From: a virus
Lineage: Duplodnaviria; Caudoviricetes
DNA: 34,662 nt
IMG/VR virus record: IMGVR_UViG_3300031974_000499
Location: 1 to 34,662 of that record
Direction: 5' to 3' (one strand)
Shown: one piece after another, positions 27,288 to 34,662 of the stretch
Numbering within the stretch: position 1 is the stretch's first letter
Layout of the letters: every line of letters starts with the position of its first letter
The notes under the pieces: model-generated
The model's database searches: none
What the model saw: the letters and a program-made list of their open reading frames with translations, nothing else
What the model was told of the DNA's origin: nothing
Position numbers and translations under genes: made by a program

Positions 27288-28044
27288 ACTTCTTCTCCAA
27301 GTAGGACATTGATACTGGCATCTCATCAAACTGTCCTTTGTTTACTTCGTGTAACATCCATATCCCACTCCAACTGCCATTGGTTTGGTGGTTGAGATAG
27401 TCCTCATCGTGAGCGTAGTAGATACCTGCAAACAGTCCAGTGATTCTAGAACCATCTGCTCTTCTTGAATAGGCACACTCTCTATCTTGAACGTGACCCA
27501 TAATACAACTCTGATGTTTCTTGGTTAGCATTGATCGTGCGCTACTTACTGGTCTGCCCATGACACCACTAGTGAAGTAGTGGCAGTAGGCTATGTCATC
27601 AATGATGGCAGGTTCTAGGAAATCATACACCTCCCAACCATACTCATCAAGCTTGAAGTCACGATAACCTATGAGACCATCTAGCTTTGCATCGTTCTCA
27701 ATAGCACGTTCGATGCGTTGTTCGTGGTTGCCTATCAGAAATACTAATCTAGGATTCCACACTTTCTTACGGTTCTGACGTAGCCTTTGTTGCTCTGCCC
27801 TGATGGGGCGAAGGAAGGCTTCCATCCCTCTGTGTCCTGCCTCGATGTCATTGGTGTAGCGTCTACCCTCGAAGGACTTCTTACCTACATCATACATCGA
27901 TAAAGACGGCATGTCCCAGTGGTCTCCCAGATGAACAATAACGTCAGGCTTCTTATTGGCGGCGTACTTACCTGCCCACTCAAGATGCTCGACAGACTGG
28001 TCTGGCTTGACTTGGGTGTCTGGTATTACTAAGTGTCTAGTCAT
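27271..28044 (-). CDS. Calcineurin-like metallophosphoesterase
   Basis: IPDTQ, HLGDHWD, IGNHE, YCH and MGHVQ motifs. Start moved to ATG 28044 (GAGGAG upstream). Confidence 0.88.
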   Translation of the reverse strand: MTRHLVIPDTQVKPDQSVEHLEWAGKYAANKKPDVIVHLGDHWDMPSLSMYDVGKKSFEGRRYTNDIEAGHRGMEAFLRPIRAEQQRLRQNRKKVWNPRLVFLIGNHEQRIERAIENDAKLDGLIGYRDFKLDEYGWEVYDFLEPAIIDDIAYCHYFTSGVMGRPVSSARSMLTKKHQSCIMGHVQDRECAYSRRADGSRITGLFAGIYYAHDEDYLNHQTNGSWSGIWMLHEVNKGQFDEMPVSMSYLEKKYGTNI

Positions 28045-28420
28045 TTGCTTTACGCTCCTCACGCTCTGCGTTGGTCTTCTTCTGATGGCAGGGTTTACAT
28101 AACACCTGTAATCCATCAACCTCACAGAACATATTCTTTACGAATTTAGGTAGGTCTTCGTACTTGCGTAGTGTACCCGCAGGTACGATGTGATCTACTT
28201 GTACTTCTTTATCCTTGAACCACTCTTCACAACAAGCACATTGGAACTCGAAGCGATGACGCTTACCAACAACTGCTTTCTTTGCTTTAGCTTTGGCGGC
28301 GTATCTTGGTGGGAATCTACGGTTCGCTTCTCTTAGTGCTGAACGTATGAATCCCCAATACCTTGCTTCTGTCCACTTACCTCCTGCTCTGGTTCTAGGT
28401 ACTCTAGGTTTCTTAGCCAT
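28037..28420 (-). CDS. HNH endonuclease
   Basis: CACC...VQVDHIVP...LQVLCKPCHQKKT. Confidence 0.88.
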   Translation of the reverse strand: MAKKPRVPRTRAGGKWTEARYWGFIRSALREANRRFPPRYAAKAKAKKAVVGKRHRFEFQCACCEEWFKDKEVQVDHIVPAGTLRKYEDLPKFVKNMFCEVDGLQVLCKPCHQKKTNAEREERKAND

Positions 28421-29201
28421 TACCTACCCTTACTTGAAGTTTCTCTTTAGTATCGATGTCTGCTGAAGAGGGAGGAGGCGGGGGTCTTACACCAATAGGG
28501 TTCTTAGAGTTGTACTCAGCCTTTCGTGTTTCAGGGTCTACCCACCATTCATCTTCATACCTGCGTAGGTAAAGCAGTCTAGCGTTCTCATACAACGAGT
28601 CTACATCACCTTTGTAGCAGGTCAAGACAGCTTGATATAAATCTTCTTCTGTCTCACACCATTCTAAAGCGGCGGTTGCTTTTACTTCGCCTATCCCTAC
28701 ACAACCTTGTATGTTATCTACTCGGTCACCTGTCAGCATCTGCTTGTATAGGAAGTTCATGCCGTCCCATTCACCTACCTCCATCCATTCATCCTTGACG
28801 AAGTTATAGTGTCTACATGGTACTTGAAGAAAGTCTTTATCTATACTTGCAATTACTGAGTGAGTGCCTTGAGTGGTAGCTTCGATAGCGATAGCATCAT
28901 CAGCTTCCTGCCCCTCGATAACTATAGCATCCCATTCGGATACCATGTAATCACGCAACAAGTAAAAATGCGAGGGCTTCTCAGAGGTTCGTGTTCCTTT
29001 GTAGGGTTTGATTGTGGCGAGGTCGTTTCTAAAGTTACCTTTGCCTGTTAGGTAAAGTTGATAGGGGACTGCATCATCACAGCCCCTTACCAAGATATCC
29101 AACACCAAGTTATTCAACTGAGAGAACGCTGTTTCCGCTGTCTCATCTTGACAGGCAAAGCCTATTCTATAACTTAGGATGTCGGCATCGATGAGTAACA
29201 T
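28413..29201 (-). CDS. 5'-3' exonuclease / RNase H (T7 gp6-like)
   Basis: LIDAD, NFR...YKGTR, EADDAI, SIDKDFLQ and GDRVDNIQGCVGIG. Confidence 0.92.
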   Translation of the reverse strand: MLLIDADILSYRIGFACQDETAETAFSQLNNLVLDILVRGCDDAVPYQLYLTGKGNFRNDLATIKPYKGTRTSEKPSHFYLLRDYMVSEWDAIVIEGQEADDAIAIEATTQGTHSVIASIDKDFLQVPCRHYNFVKDEWMEVGEWDGMNFLYKQMLTGDRVDNIQGCVGIGEVKATAALEWCETEEDLYQAVLTCYKGDVDSLYENARLLYLRRYEDEWWVDPETRKAEYNSKNPIGVRPPPPPSSADIDTKEKLQVRVGNG

Positions 29202-29611
29202 TAGATTACATCATCCATGTCGATAGCACCGCCGTCTCCATCCTTATCATACACAGCTACCTCAGTGATTAGTAGCTTGGACAGGCTAGCTGATGTACCC
29301 TGCTTGCCTTTGAAGTCCCAATGGTATGGTTTGATTGCGGCGTTAGCCTTACTACCGTTACCAATGAGAGAAGAGTCTACTTCATCTGTAGCAGAGAAAG
29401 CAGGTTTGATTGGATTCTGTGACTTAACAGTAATATAGTTACCGCGATCGTCACCCTTGTTGCGAACAGCAATGCCCATATCGGACAGCACCTGTACTGC
29501 CTTTGAGGATAGCTTACTGATGTCCACCTGATACTTACCTGACATGTCGTTAGGTTTGTTCAAGAATGGCCAATGAAGTTCACATGATACTACAACTGGT
29601 TTATCGTTCAT
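29201..29611 (-). CDS. Single-stranded DNA-binding protein (T7 gp2.5-like)
   Basis: WPFLNKPN..SGKYQVD, IGNGSKA and an acidic C-terminal tail. Lies between the polymerase and the exonuclease. Confidence 0.8.
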   Translation of the reverse strand: MNDKPVVVSCELHWPFLNKPNDMSGKYQVDISKLSSKAVQVLSDMGIAVRNKGDDRGNYITVKSQNPIKPAFSATDEVDSSLIGNGSKANAAIKPYHWDFKGKQGTSASLSKLLITEVAVYDKDGDGGAIDMDDVI

Positions 29612-29683
29612 ATTAATTTACCTTTGTATTTAACTATTAAGATTATGTTACATTCTTTAGATTACATTAAACGTAATTCATTG

Positions 29684-29707
29684 AAAGTTAATTAATTATT
29701 TAACTTT
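29684..29707. repeat. 24-bp near-perfect palindrome in AT-rich intergenic region
   Basis: AAAGTTAATTAATTATTTAACTTT, 22 of 24 positions self-complementary. Confidence 0.7.
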
Positions 29708-29715
29708 ATAGTAAT

Positions 29716-29744
29716 ATTATAGCATGGATTTAACCTCCTGTAAA
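29716..29744 (-). promoter_or_regulatory. Sigma70-type promoter with extended -10, upstream of ssb
   Basis: Minus strand reads TTTACA, a 17-nt spacer ending TGC, then TATAAT. Confidence 0.8.
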
Positions 29745-29761
29745 GTCTTATTGTAAAATAA

Positions 29762-31405
29762 TTAATGAGTAGCACTCCAGTTAGAACCAACACGATACTC
29801 TGCGTCCATAGGACAGCGCATGTTAAGCTCGACACCTGCGTCTATGATTGCTTGTCGTGCAACCTGACCCACAACATCAGCATCTTCAGGTTTAGCTTCT
29901 ATCTGGAACTCATCGTGTACCTGAGCAACAAGCTTGTAGAATACACCAAGCTCATCGAGTTTGTTACAACAGTTACGCACAGCAACTTTCATAACGATAG
30001 CACCACAACTCTGTAGCAATCTGTTGAGTGCCTTGTAGTCCTCATCAACTTTAATCATACGTCCATCGATACCATTGATGCGTTTGGTACGTTGCGCTAC
30101 GCCTTTAGCTTTATTGATTAGGTTGCGTAGTGATGGTAGCTTTGTCAAGAAAGTATCGCGTATCTTCTTACCCTCTTTAGCACCACCACCTACAATCTGA
30201 CCAAGCTTAGCGTCACCTGCACCATAGATGAGACCATAGATCATAGTCTTAGCCATACTACGTTCAGGCAACCCTGCCGCGTTCTGATTGAACGAGTGTA
30301 TGTCACCCTCAAGTATCTGCTTAGTGTACTCATCATCATTCATATAGTGAGCCAAGCATCGTAACTCCAGACCACTAGCGTCACAACCTACCAGAACATT
30401 ACCGTCCTCCACAGTGAAGCATTCCCTAGCAATCTTGAGGCTAGGTATCTGTGCAAGGTTAGGTTTGTTATGTGTCATCCTACCTGTCACAGCACCACAA
30501 CTATTGACATAACCATGAATGCGGTGAGTCTCAGGGTCTACATACTTGAGCCAACTGTCTACCATACCCTTGAGTTTAACCAAGCCTAGATACTCAGCAC
30601 ATAACTTAGCTTCAGGCAAGTCAATCTCTGCCAATGTACTCTCGTCAACAACAGGCGATCCATTCGGTGTTTTCTTTTTCCACTTGACTCCAAGCTTAGA
30701 TAACCTCTTTGCGATCTGCTGTCGTGAGCCTACATTGAAGTGTTCAACGTGGTCTTTAAGTCTCTTACCTGTCTTCTCACTAACCCTGATGGTAATGATG
30801 GGAGGGAATCTATCTTGCAGTTCCCTAGTTATCTCATCGATGCGAGTAGCCATATCACTCTGCCACTTAGTAGCTACGTTCATATCTAGCTTGAAGCCAT
30901 TACGAACCTGCTGTGCTGTGACCTGTGCAACGTCATGCTCTAACTGAATAGACATATCACTGAAGCCTTTCTGTTTCAGCTTGCTCATTAGGTAGTAGTA
31001 CAGCTTTGTAGTTACCTCAACATCACGCTTACAGTACTCACCCATCTCATCGGTGTAGCCACTCTCGAAGTCTTCAACATCGAAGTCCATCTTAGCGTAG
31101 CCTATGCGCTTGCCCCACTCGCTCAAGCTGTGACCACCTACAGGCGTAGGGTCGAGCAGTCTAGCTAGCACCAGTGTATCCCATACAGGTACTCTAGCAT
31201 CAATCCCCCAACAACTTTTCAAGACTGCCTGATCGAAGAACACTATGTTGTGTCCTACTAAGCCACTTGCAGTAGATAACATCATCTCTAAGTGTCGCTT
31301 CTCGAACAGAACGGAAGCGTTTGTTTGCTTGTGATCCTGCACTCCTGCACACCATATCGTATCGTGTGAAAGATTTGTTTCCAAGTCTAGTGTAATCATA
31401 CCCAT
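29762..31405 (-). CDS. polA: Family A DNA polymerase with 3'-5' exonuclease domain
   Basis: ExoI LDLET, GHNIVFFD, YCKRDV, TGRM...PNLAQIP, motif A DASGLELR, motif B AKTMIYGLIYG, motif C VHDE. The start may be 31399. Confidence 0.95.
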   Translation of the reverse strand: MGMITLDLETNLSHDTIWCAGVQDHKQTNASVLFEKRHLEMMLSTASGLVGHNIVFFDQAVLKSCWGIDARVPVWDTLVLARLLDPTPVGGHSLSEWGKRIGYAKMDFDVEDFESGYTDEMGEYCKRDVEVTTKLYYYLMSKLKQKGFSDMSIQLEHDVAQVTAQQVRNGFKLDMNVATKWQSDMATRIDEITRELQDRFPPIITIRVSEKTGKRLKDHVEHFNVGSRQQIAKRLSKLGVKWKKKTPNGSPVVDESTLAEIDLPEAKLCAEYLGLVKLKGMVDSWLKYVDPETHRIHGYVNSCGAVTGRMTHNKPNLAQIPSLKIARECFTVEDGNVLVGCDASGLELRCLAHYMNDDEYTKQILEGDIHSFNQNAAGLPERSMAKTMIYGLIYGAGDAKLGQIVGGGAKEGKKIRDTFLTKLPSLRNLINKAKGVAQRTKRINGIDGRMIKVDEDYKALNRLLQSCGAIVMKVAVRNCCNKLDELGVFYKLVAQVHDEFQIEAKPEDADVVGQVARQAIIDAGVELNMRCPMDAEYRVGSNWSATH

Positions 31406-31445
31406 GATCCTCTAACGTAATTATAACATCACCAATCTTGCTCAT
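31200..31445 (-). CDS. Possible 81-aa gene overlapping the start of polA
   Basis: AGGAG RBS 8 nt before ATG 31445, but about 200 nt overlap polA in another frame. Confidence 0.35.
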   Translation of the reverse strand: MSKIGDVIITLEDHGYDYTRLGNKSFTRYDMVCRSAGSQANKRFRSVREATLRDDVIYCKWLSRTQHSVLRSGSLEKLLGD

Positions 31446-31608
31446 TAGTTACATCTCCTATTATCTCTTCAATGGATTCTTCTTTCTCTTCCAAATCAAA
31501 GGCTATATTGTAGCAGACACCACAGAGATCAGCAAACTCTCCTGTCTCAGGCGTTCTCATAACCAACTCCAAGTCACTCATCTTTTTGTTACACGCCGCG
31601 CATCTCAT
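31429..31608 (-). CDS. 59-aa zinc-finger protein (not in ORF track)
   Basis: MRCAACNKKMSDLELVMRTPETGEFADLCGVCYNIAFDLEEKEESIEEIIGDVTNEQDW*: two CxxC motifs, AGGAG RBS, ATGA overlap with the helicase stop. Confidence 0.8.
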   Translation of the reverse strand: MRCAACNKKMSDLELVMRTPETGEFADLCGVCYNIAFDLEEKEESIEEIIGDVTNEQDW

Positions 31609-33200
31609 AACACTTCTCCTTCAAGTAATACTTCTGACATCCTTCCAGTTGCTTGGTCATACTGAACCGCAGTAGCTAAGCCTGTCTCACCGCTGAACCT
31701 GTTCTTCAGTACCCTGATGTAGGTAGTGTTGCGCTCATCGATATCATCAGCCTGACCATTACGCTCAAAGCCTAGTACAATATCAGATAGCTGTGCAATA
31801 CTAGCAGAACCACGCAGATCAGCTAGGCTAGTAGCCGCGCCCTCTTCGTGACCCTTACCTGATGGTCTACGCAGGTGTGACACTAGGAACAAAGCAATGC
31901 CTGTCTCTTGTACTAACATACGCAACCTTGTCATCACCTCATCGATAGCCTTGCGCTCATCGCCATTGTCCTGAGCAGACACGATGATAGACAGGTGATC
32001 TAGGAACACATACTTACAGTCGTGAGCCTTAGATAGATACCTGACCTGACCTACGATATTCTCGACACTAGTAGAGCCGAAGTGGTCGTAGAAGAACAGC
32101 CTATCTGTACCTAGCGTAGCCTCGAAAGCATCACGCCGCTCATCCTCAGTCGATTCTACTGTGGGTAGGTGCAACCTCTTGTTAGCATGTAAAGACATCA
32201 GGGACTTGCCTGTCTTGGACACTGACTCTTCAAGGAAGATACAGCCTATGTTGCTGTCGCTATTCTGTAGCACATGATACAGTATCTCACGCATCACCTG
32301 ACTCTTACCGACACCGCTACCTGCTGTCAGCGTTACAAGTTCATAGCCCCTGATACCATACGTCATATCATTGAGACCCTGCCATGCATACTGAACAGAG
32401 GCTTTCTCTACAGGTTGGTTGACAGCATTCCATAGACTCTTACCTGCAATGATACCATCAGGTGTATGTATCTCAGCCGCCCACCATGCAGACTTGAAGT
32501 CATCAGCCCTACCATGCTCAAGATAATCGTTAGCATCCTTGTAATCAGGATGATGCTTGACAATCCTAGCTTTACCTGCGAATAGGGAGGCTACCTCTTT
32601 GGCGGCAGTCTGACCTGCCTCATCAGAGTCGAAGCAGACAATCACATTGTCAAAGCTATCGATCCATTCATACTGTGCCTTACAATCCTTGAGTGCTGAC
32701 TGCGCTCCATTCTTGATAGACACTGCCGCGTACTTACTACCGCTCATTTGGTACACGCTCGCCGCATCATACTCACCCTCAGTGATGGTTAAATATCGAC
32801 CACCTTTAGGGAACAGATGCTGACCAAACAAGACACCATCGCCCCATACACCGAAGCTACGTTGGTTCTCTTTACTACCCATCCTTACCTTTTGAGCGCA
32901 GACCATTGAGTCTTTGTCTCTGTACTCAAATATAATATCATCACCATCAACACTGATACCGTATCGCTCGCAAGTATTCTGCGTAATACTGCGTATCATT
33001 TGATGCCTACCTCTACCTACTTCCATACTGGATACTCCTATATCTCTACTTATATCTATAACATTACTGCGGTCAGCACCTGACTTATACCGCTCACCGC
33101 AACTGAAGCATGTAGTCCACCCATCGTGGTTAGTTGACGCACCGTCACTGCTACTACACAGTTCACATGCATGATGCGTCAGCGCCCATCCACTATTCAT
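31605..33200 (-). CDS. DNA primase-helicase (T7 gp4-like)
   Basis: Zn ribbon CELC...CFSC, TOPRIM ITEGEYDA / FDSDEAG / KDAND, Walker A AGSGVGKS, FLDHLS, LRGSASIAQLSD and LKNRFSG. The ATG at 33200 is preferred to the GTG at 33215. Confidence 0.95.
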   Translation of the reverse strand: MNSGWALTHHACELCSSSDGASTNHDGWTTCFSCGERYKSGADRSNVIDISRDIGVSSMEVGRGRHQMIRSITQNTCERYGISVDGDDIIFEYRDKDSMVCAQKVRMGSKENQRSFGVWGDGVLFGQHLFPKGGRYLTITEGEYDAASVYQMSGSKYAAVSIKNGAQSALKDCKAQYEWIDSFDNVIVCFDSDEAGQTAAKEVASLFAGKARIVKHHPDYKDANDYLEHGRADDFKSAWWAAEIHTPDGIIAGKSLWNAVNQPVEKASVQYAWQGLNDMTYGIRGYELVTLTAGSGVGKSQVMREILYHVLQNSDSNIGCIFLEESVSKTGKSLMSLHANKRLHLPTVESTEDERRDAFEATLGTDRLFFYDHFGSTSVENIVGQVRYLSKAHDCKYVFLDHLSIIVSAQDNGDERKAIDEVMTRLRMLVQETGIALFLVSHLRRPSGKGHEEGAATSLADLRGSASIAQLSDIVLGFERNGQADDIDERNTTYIRVLKNRFSGETGLATAVQYDQATGRMSEVLLEGEVL

Positions 33201-33348
33201 CAAACGCCTCGCCACTTAGCAGGGGATAGGCTTGAGTCAACTCGCAAGCTAGATTGAACAGAGTCATCTCATCAGAGGCATTACTAGCGGTATCCATTGA
33301 TGACTTGATTGTCTCCATCAGCTTATCAAACATATCTTTATTCATCAT
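33193..33348 (-). CDS. 51-aa hypothetical protein (not in ORF track)
   Basis: MMNKDMFDKLMETIKSSMDTASNASDEMTLFNLACELTQAYPLLSGEAFDE*, with a GAGGT RBS and short overlaps with both neighbours. Confidence 0.7.
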   Translation of the reverse strand: MMNKDMFDKLMETIKSSMDTASNASDEMTLFNLACELTQAYPLLSGEAFDE

Positions 33349-33556
33349 TCACCACCTCGTTATGATATACTCTACCGTATGTGAGCAGGAAGAAAGGGAG
33401 CATGATGACGATACCCTCAAAGGACATTGCTTCGACTGTTCCATCGTCTTCAAAGAGTACCCACACTGCTCTGCTATCTGTAAACTCCAGATCAAAACCA
33501 ACACCGTTACGAAATTCAAGGGATAACCTCCTATTAAATAACCAAGTACCAAACAT
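33338..33556 (-). CDS. Hypothetical protein
   Basis: 72 aa, AAGGAG RBS, packed between neighbours. Confidence 0.7.
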   Translation of the reverse strand: MFGTWLFNRRLSLEFRNGVGFDLEFTDSRAVWVLFEDDGTVEAMSFEGIVIMLPFFLLTYGRVYHNEVVNDE

Positions 33557-33557
33557 A

Positions 33558-33899
33558 TTATTCTCCTTTCAAGTATTCAATATGCTCTTCGATATAGTCT
33601 GCAACTCTACGAGTCAGACCGCCTACTGCATCTTCTACAAGCTGACCCATGCGGACATAGTTATCATCAGACAATGCTTGTATAACTTCACCATGATAAT
33701 CACGCATGGCATCGAGTGTATCTAGATACTCACCAATGAATGCATCGCTGAGTATCTCAGGGTCTCTGTTCATCAGATCGAGAGCATGCATCCATGCATA
33801 ACTCATCACATCTTGGTGGGTTGAATGCTCGTCAATCATTGGGAACATTGCGTCAGCCCTTGCGGGTTCATAAGGTTCAAACACCATCGGTAGCTTCAT
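33558..33899 (-). CDS. Acidic hypothetical protein
   Basis: Start moved to MKLPMV (ATG 33899, GGAGGA upstream). Confidence 0.75.
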   Translation of the reverse strand: MKLPMVFEPYEPARADAMFPMIDEHSTHQDVMSYAWMHALDLMNRDPEILSDAFIGEYLDTLDAMRDYHGEVIQALSDDNYVRMGQLVEDAVGGLTRRVADYIEEHIEYLKGE

Positions 33900-34113
33900 T
33901 GTCTTCCTCCTCTGGTTGTGGTTGGACAGGTTGCTCGATGTTGATACCATACACATGTGCGCTGATTTCGTAAAGTATTCCTGAGAATTGTTTACATAAT
34001 TGCGCTTGTTGGTTACGACTTTTTGACCGTCTTCCTACAATTAATTGCATGGCTTGGTCATCATATTGACGAGCGATTCGATTTATTTCGTTGAATAGAT
34101 TTAAATTATTCAC
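33877..34113 (-). CDS. Hypothetical protein
   Basis: 78 aa, GTG start with AAGGTG upstream. Confidence 0.65.
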   Translation of the reverse strand: MNNLNLFNEINRIARQYDDQAMQLIVGRRSKSRNQQAQLCKQFSGILYEISAHVYGINIEQPVQPQPEEEDNEATDGV

Positions 34114-34115
34114 TG

Positions 34116-34322
34116 TTACTTCACCTTTTTAATCAAGTTATTTTCCATTAATACCTCAGCAAAGAACTCTCTGCCGAGACCTGTAATGTGTGGACGGTTA
34201 GCACCTACTAGCAGACCATCACTCACATACTCTTCACCAAACAAGCTAGTCTCTATATACTTCAACGGCTTGCCGATGTTCTCTTTCAGCTCTTTCTTAC
34301 TTGCATATCTGAATACTATCAT
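34116..34322 (-). CDS. Hypothetical protein
   Basis: YASKKELKENIGKPLKYIETSLFGEEY, GAGGTG RBS, TAATG overlap. Confidence 0.8.
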   Translation of the reverse strand: MIVFRYASKKELKENIGKPLKYIETSLFGEEYVSDGLLVGANRPHITGLGREFFAEVLMENNLIKKVK

Positions 34323-34660
34323 TATATCACCTCTTTGTCAATCATTACTTTTATACGAGCCGAGTCAAAATACTCTCGGATATACCTACGAACCTTAGCT
34401 TGAGCATCGCTATCAACTTCTTCCACTTCAGTTATACGATCCTCCAGAGTGGACACCAGATACTCCATCTCATCTACCCTGCACTCAAGATCACCATTGT
34501 GTCCATCGACACCCATCAGATCGGTGTCAATCTGCGACAGCCTACGCTCCAGTGTAGCTATGCGCTCAGCATCACGCTCGTGTATCTTAGCTTGCTCCTC
34601 GATAGCCTTAGCTACCCTCTCGTTTATCCACTTGTCAAACATATTAATAAACTCCATCAC
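34322..34660 (-). CDS. Coiled-coil hypothetical protein (start at window edge, uncertain)
   Basis: Heptad pattern IATLERRLSQI...LECRVDEMEYLVSTLEDRI. Confidence 0.7.
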   Translation of the reverse strand: MMEFINMFDKWINERVAKAIEEQAKIHERDAERIATLERRLSQIDTDLMGVDGHNGDLECRVDEMEYLVSTLEDRITEVEEVDSDAQAKVRRYIREYFDSARIKVMIDKEVI

Positions 34661-34662
34661 TA

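Noticed and set aside
28037-28420. HNH as a mobile homing endonuclease
   Set aside because: It is a short single domain tightly overlapped with the exonuclease and phosphoesterase genes, which fits a resident replication-module nuclease better.
126-33200. Inteins or introns in terL, nrdJ, polA or the helicase
   Set aside because: All four are uninterrupted, of normal or compact length, and lack splicing motifs.
24596-34398. Plus-strand and alternate-frame ORFs in the replication arm (e.g. 26370-26840, 30546-30947, 33381-33725, 25673-26050)
   Set aside because: They overlap well-supported minus-strand genes and have no independent support.
1-34662. tRNA/rRNA genes, integrase, alternative genetic code
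   Set aside because: Intergenic gaps are small and show no cloverleaf, there are no recombinase motifs, and all three stop codons end genes normally.

Overview
This is a fragment of a tailed (podovirus-like) phage genome with two convergent arms that meet at a bidirectional intrinsic terminator near 24.54 kb. The + arm (1-24512) is the late module. In order it holds the terminase, portal, scaffold, major capsid and head-tail adaptor, a modular tail-fibre cluster, a holin-like gene plus three exported or membrane proteins, four very basic small proteins, tail/nozzle proteins, ejection proteins, a pesticin-like muramidase and a second holin-like gene. The - arm (24567-34662) is a T7-like replication and nucleotide module. 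It holds a primase-helicase, family A DNA polymerase (Tyr at the 762-equivalent site), SSB, 5'-3' exonuclease, HNH nuclease, metallophosphoesterase and class II (B12-dependent) ribonucleotide reductase. No RNA polymerase gene is in the window, and two matching sigma70-type promoters are visible. The layout resembles marine SIO1/cobavirus-like (Zobellviridae-like) phages. The most interesting signals are: (1) an apparent plug-and-socket grammar of terminal motifs in the fibre genes; (2) window-wide depletion of GCWGC, CCWGG and CCAGC with abundant C-to-T derivatives; (3) twin 12-bp palindromes around the ribosome-binding site of fibre gene 2; (4) an exported three-gene module of unknown function; and (5) a cluster of protamine-like proteins. 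All calls come from reading the sequence by eye; no searches or counts were run.
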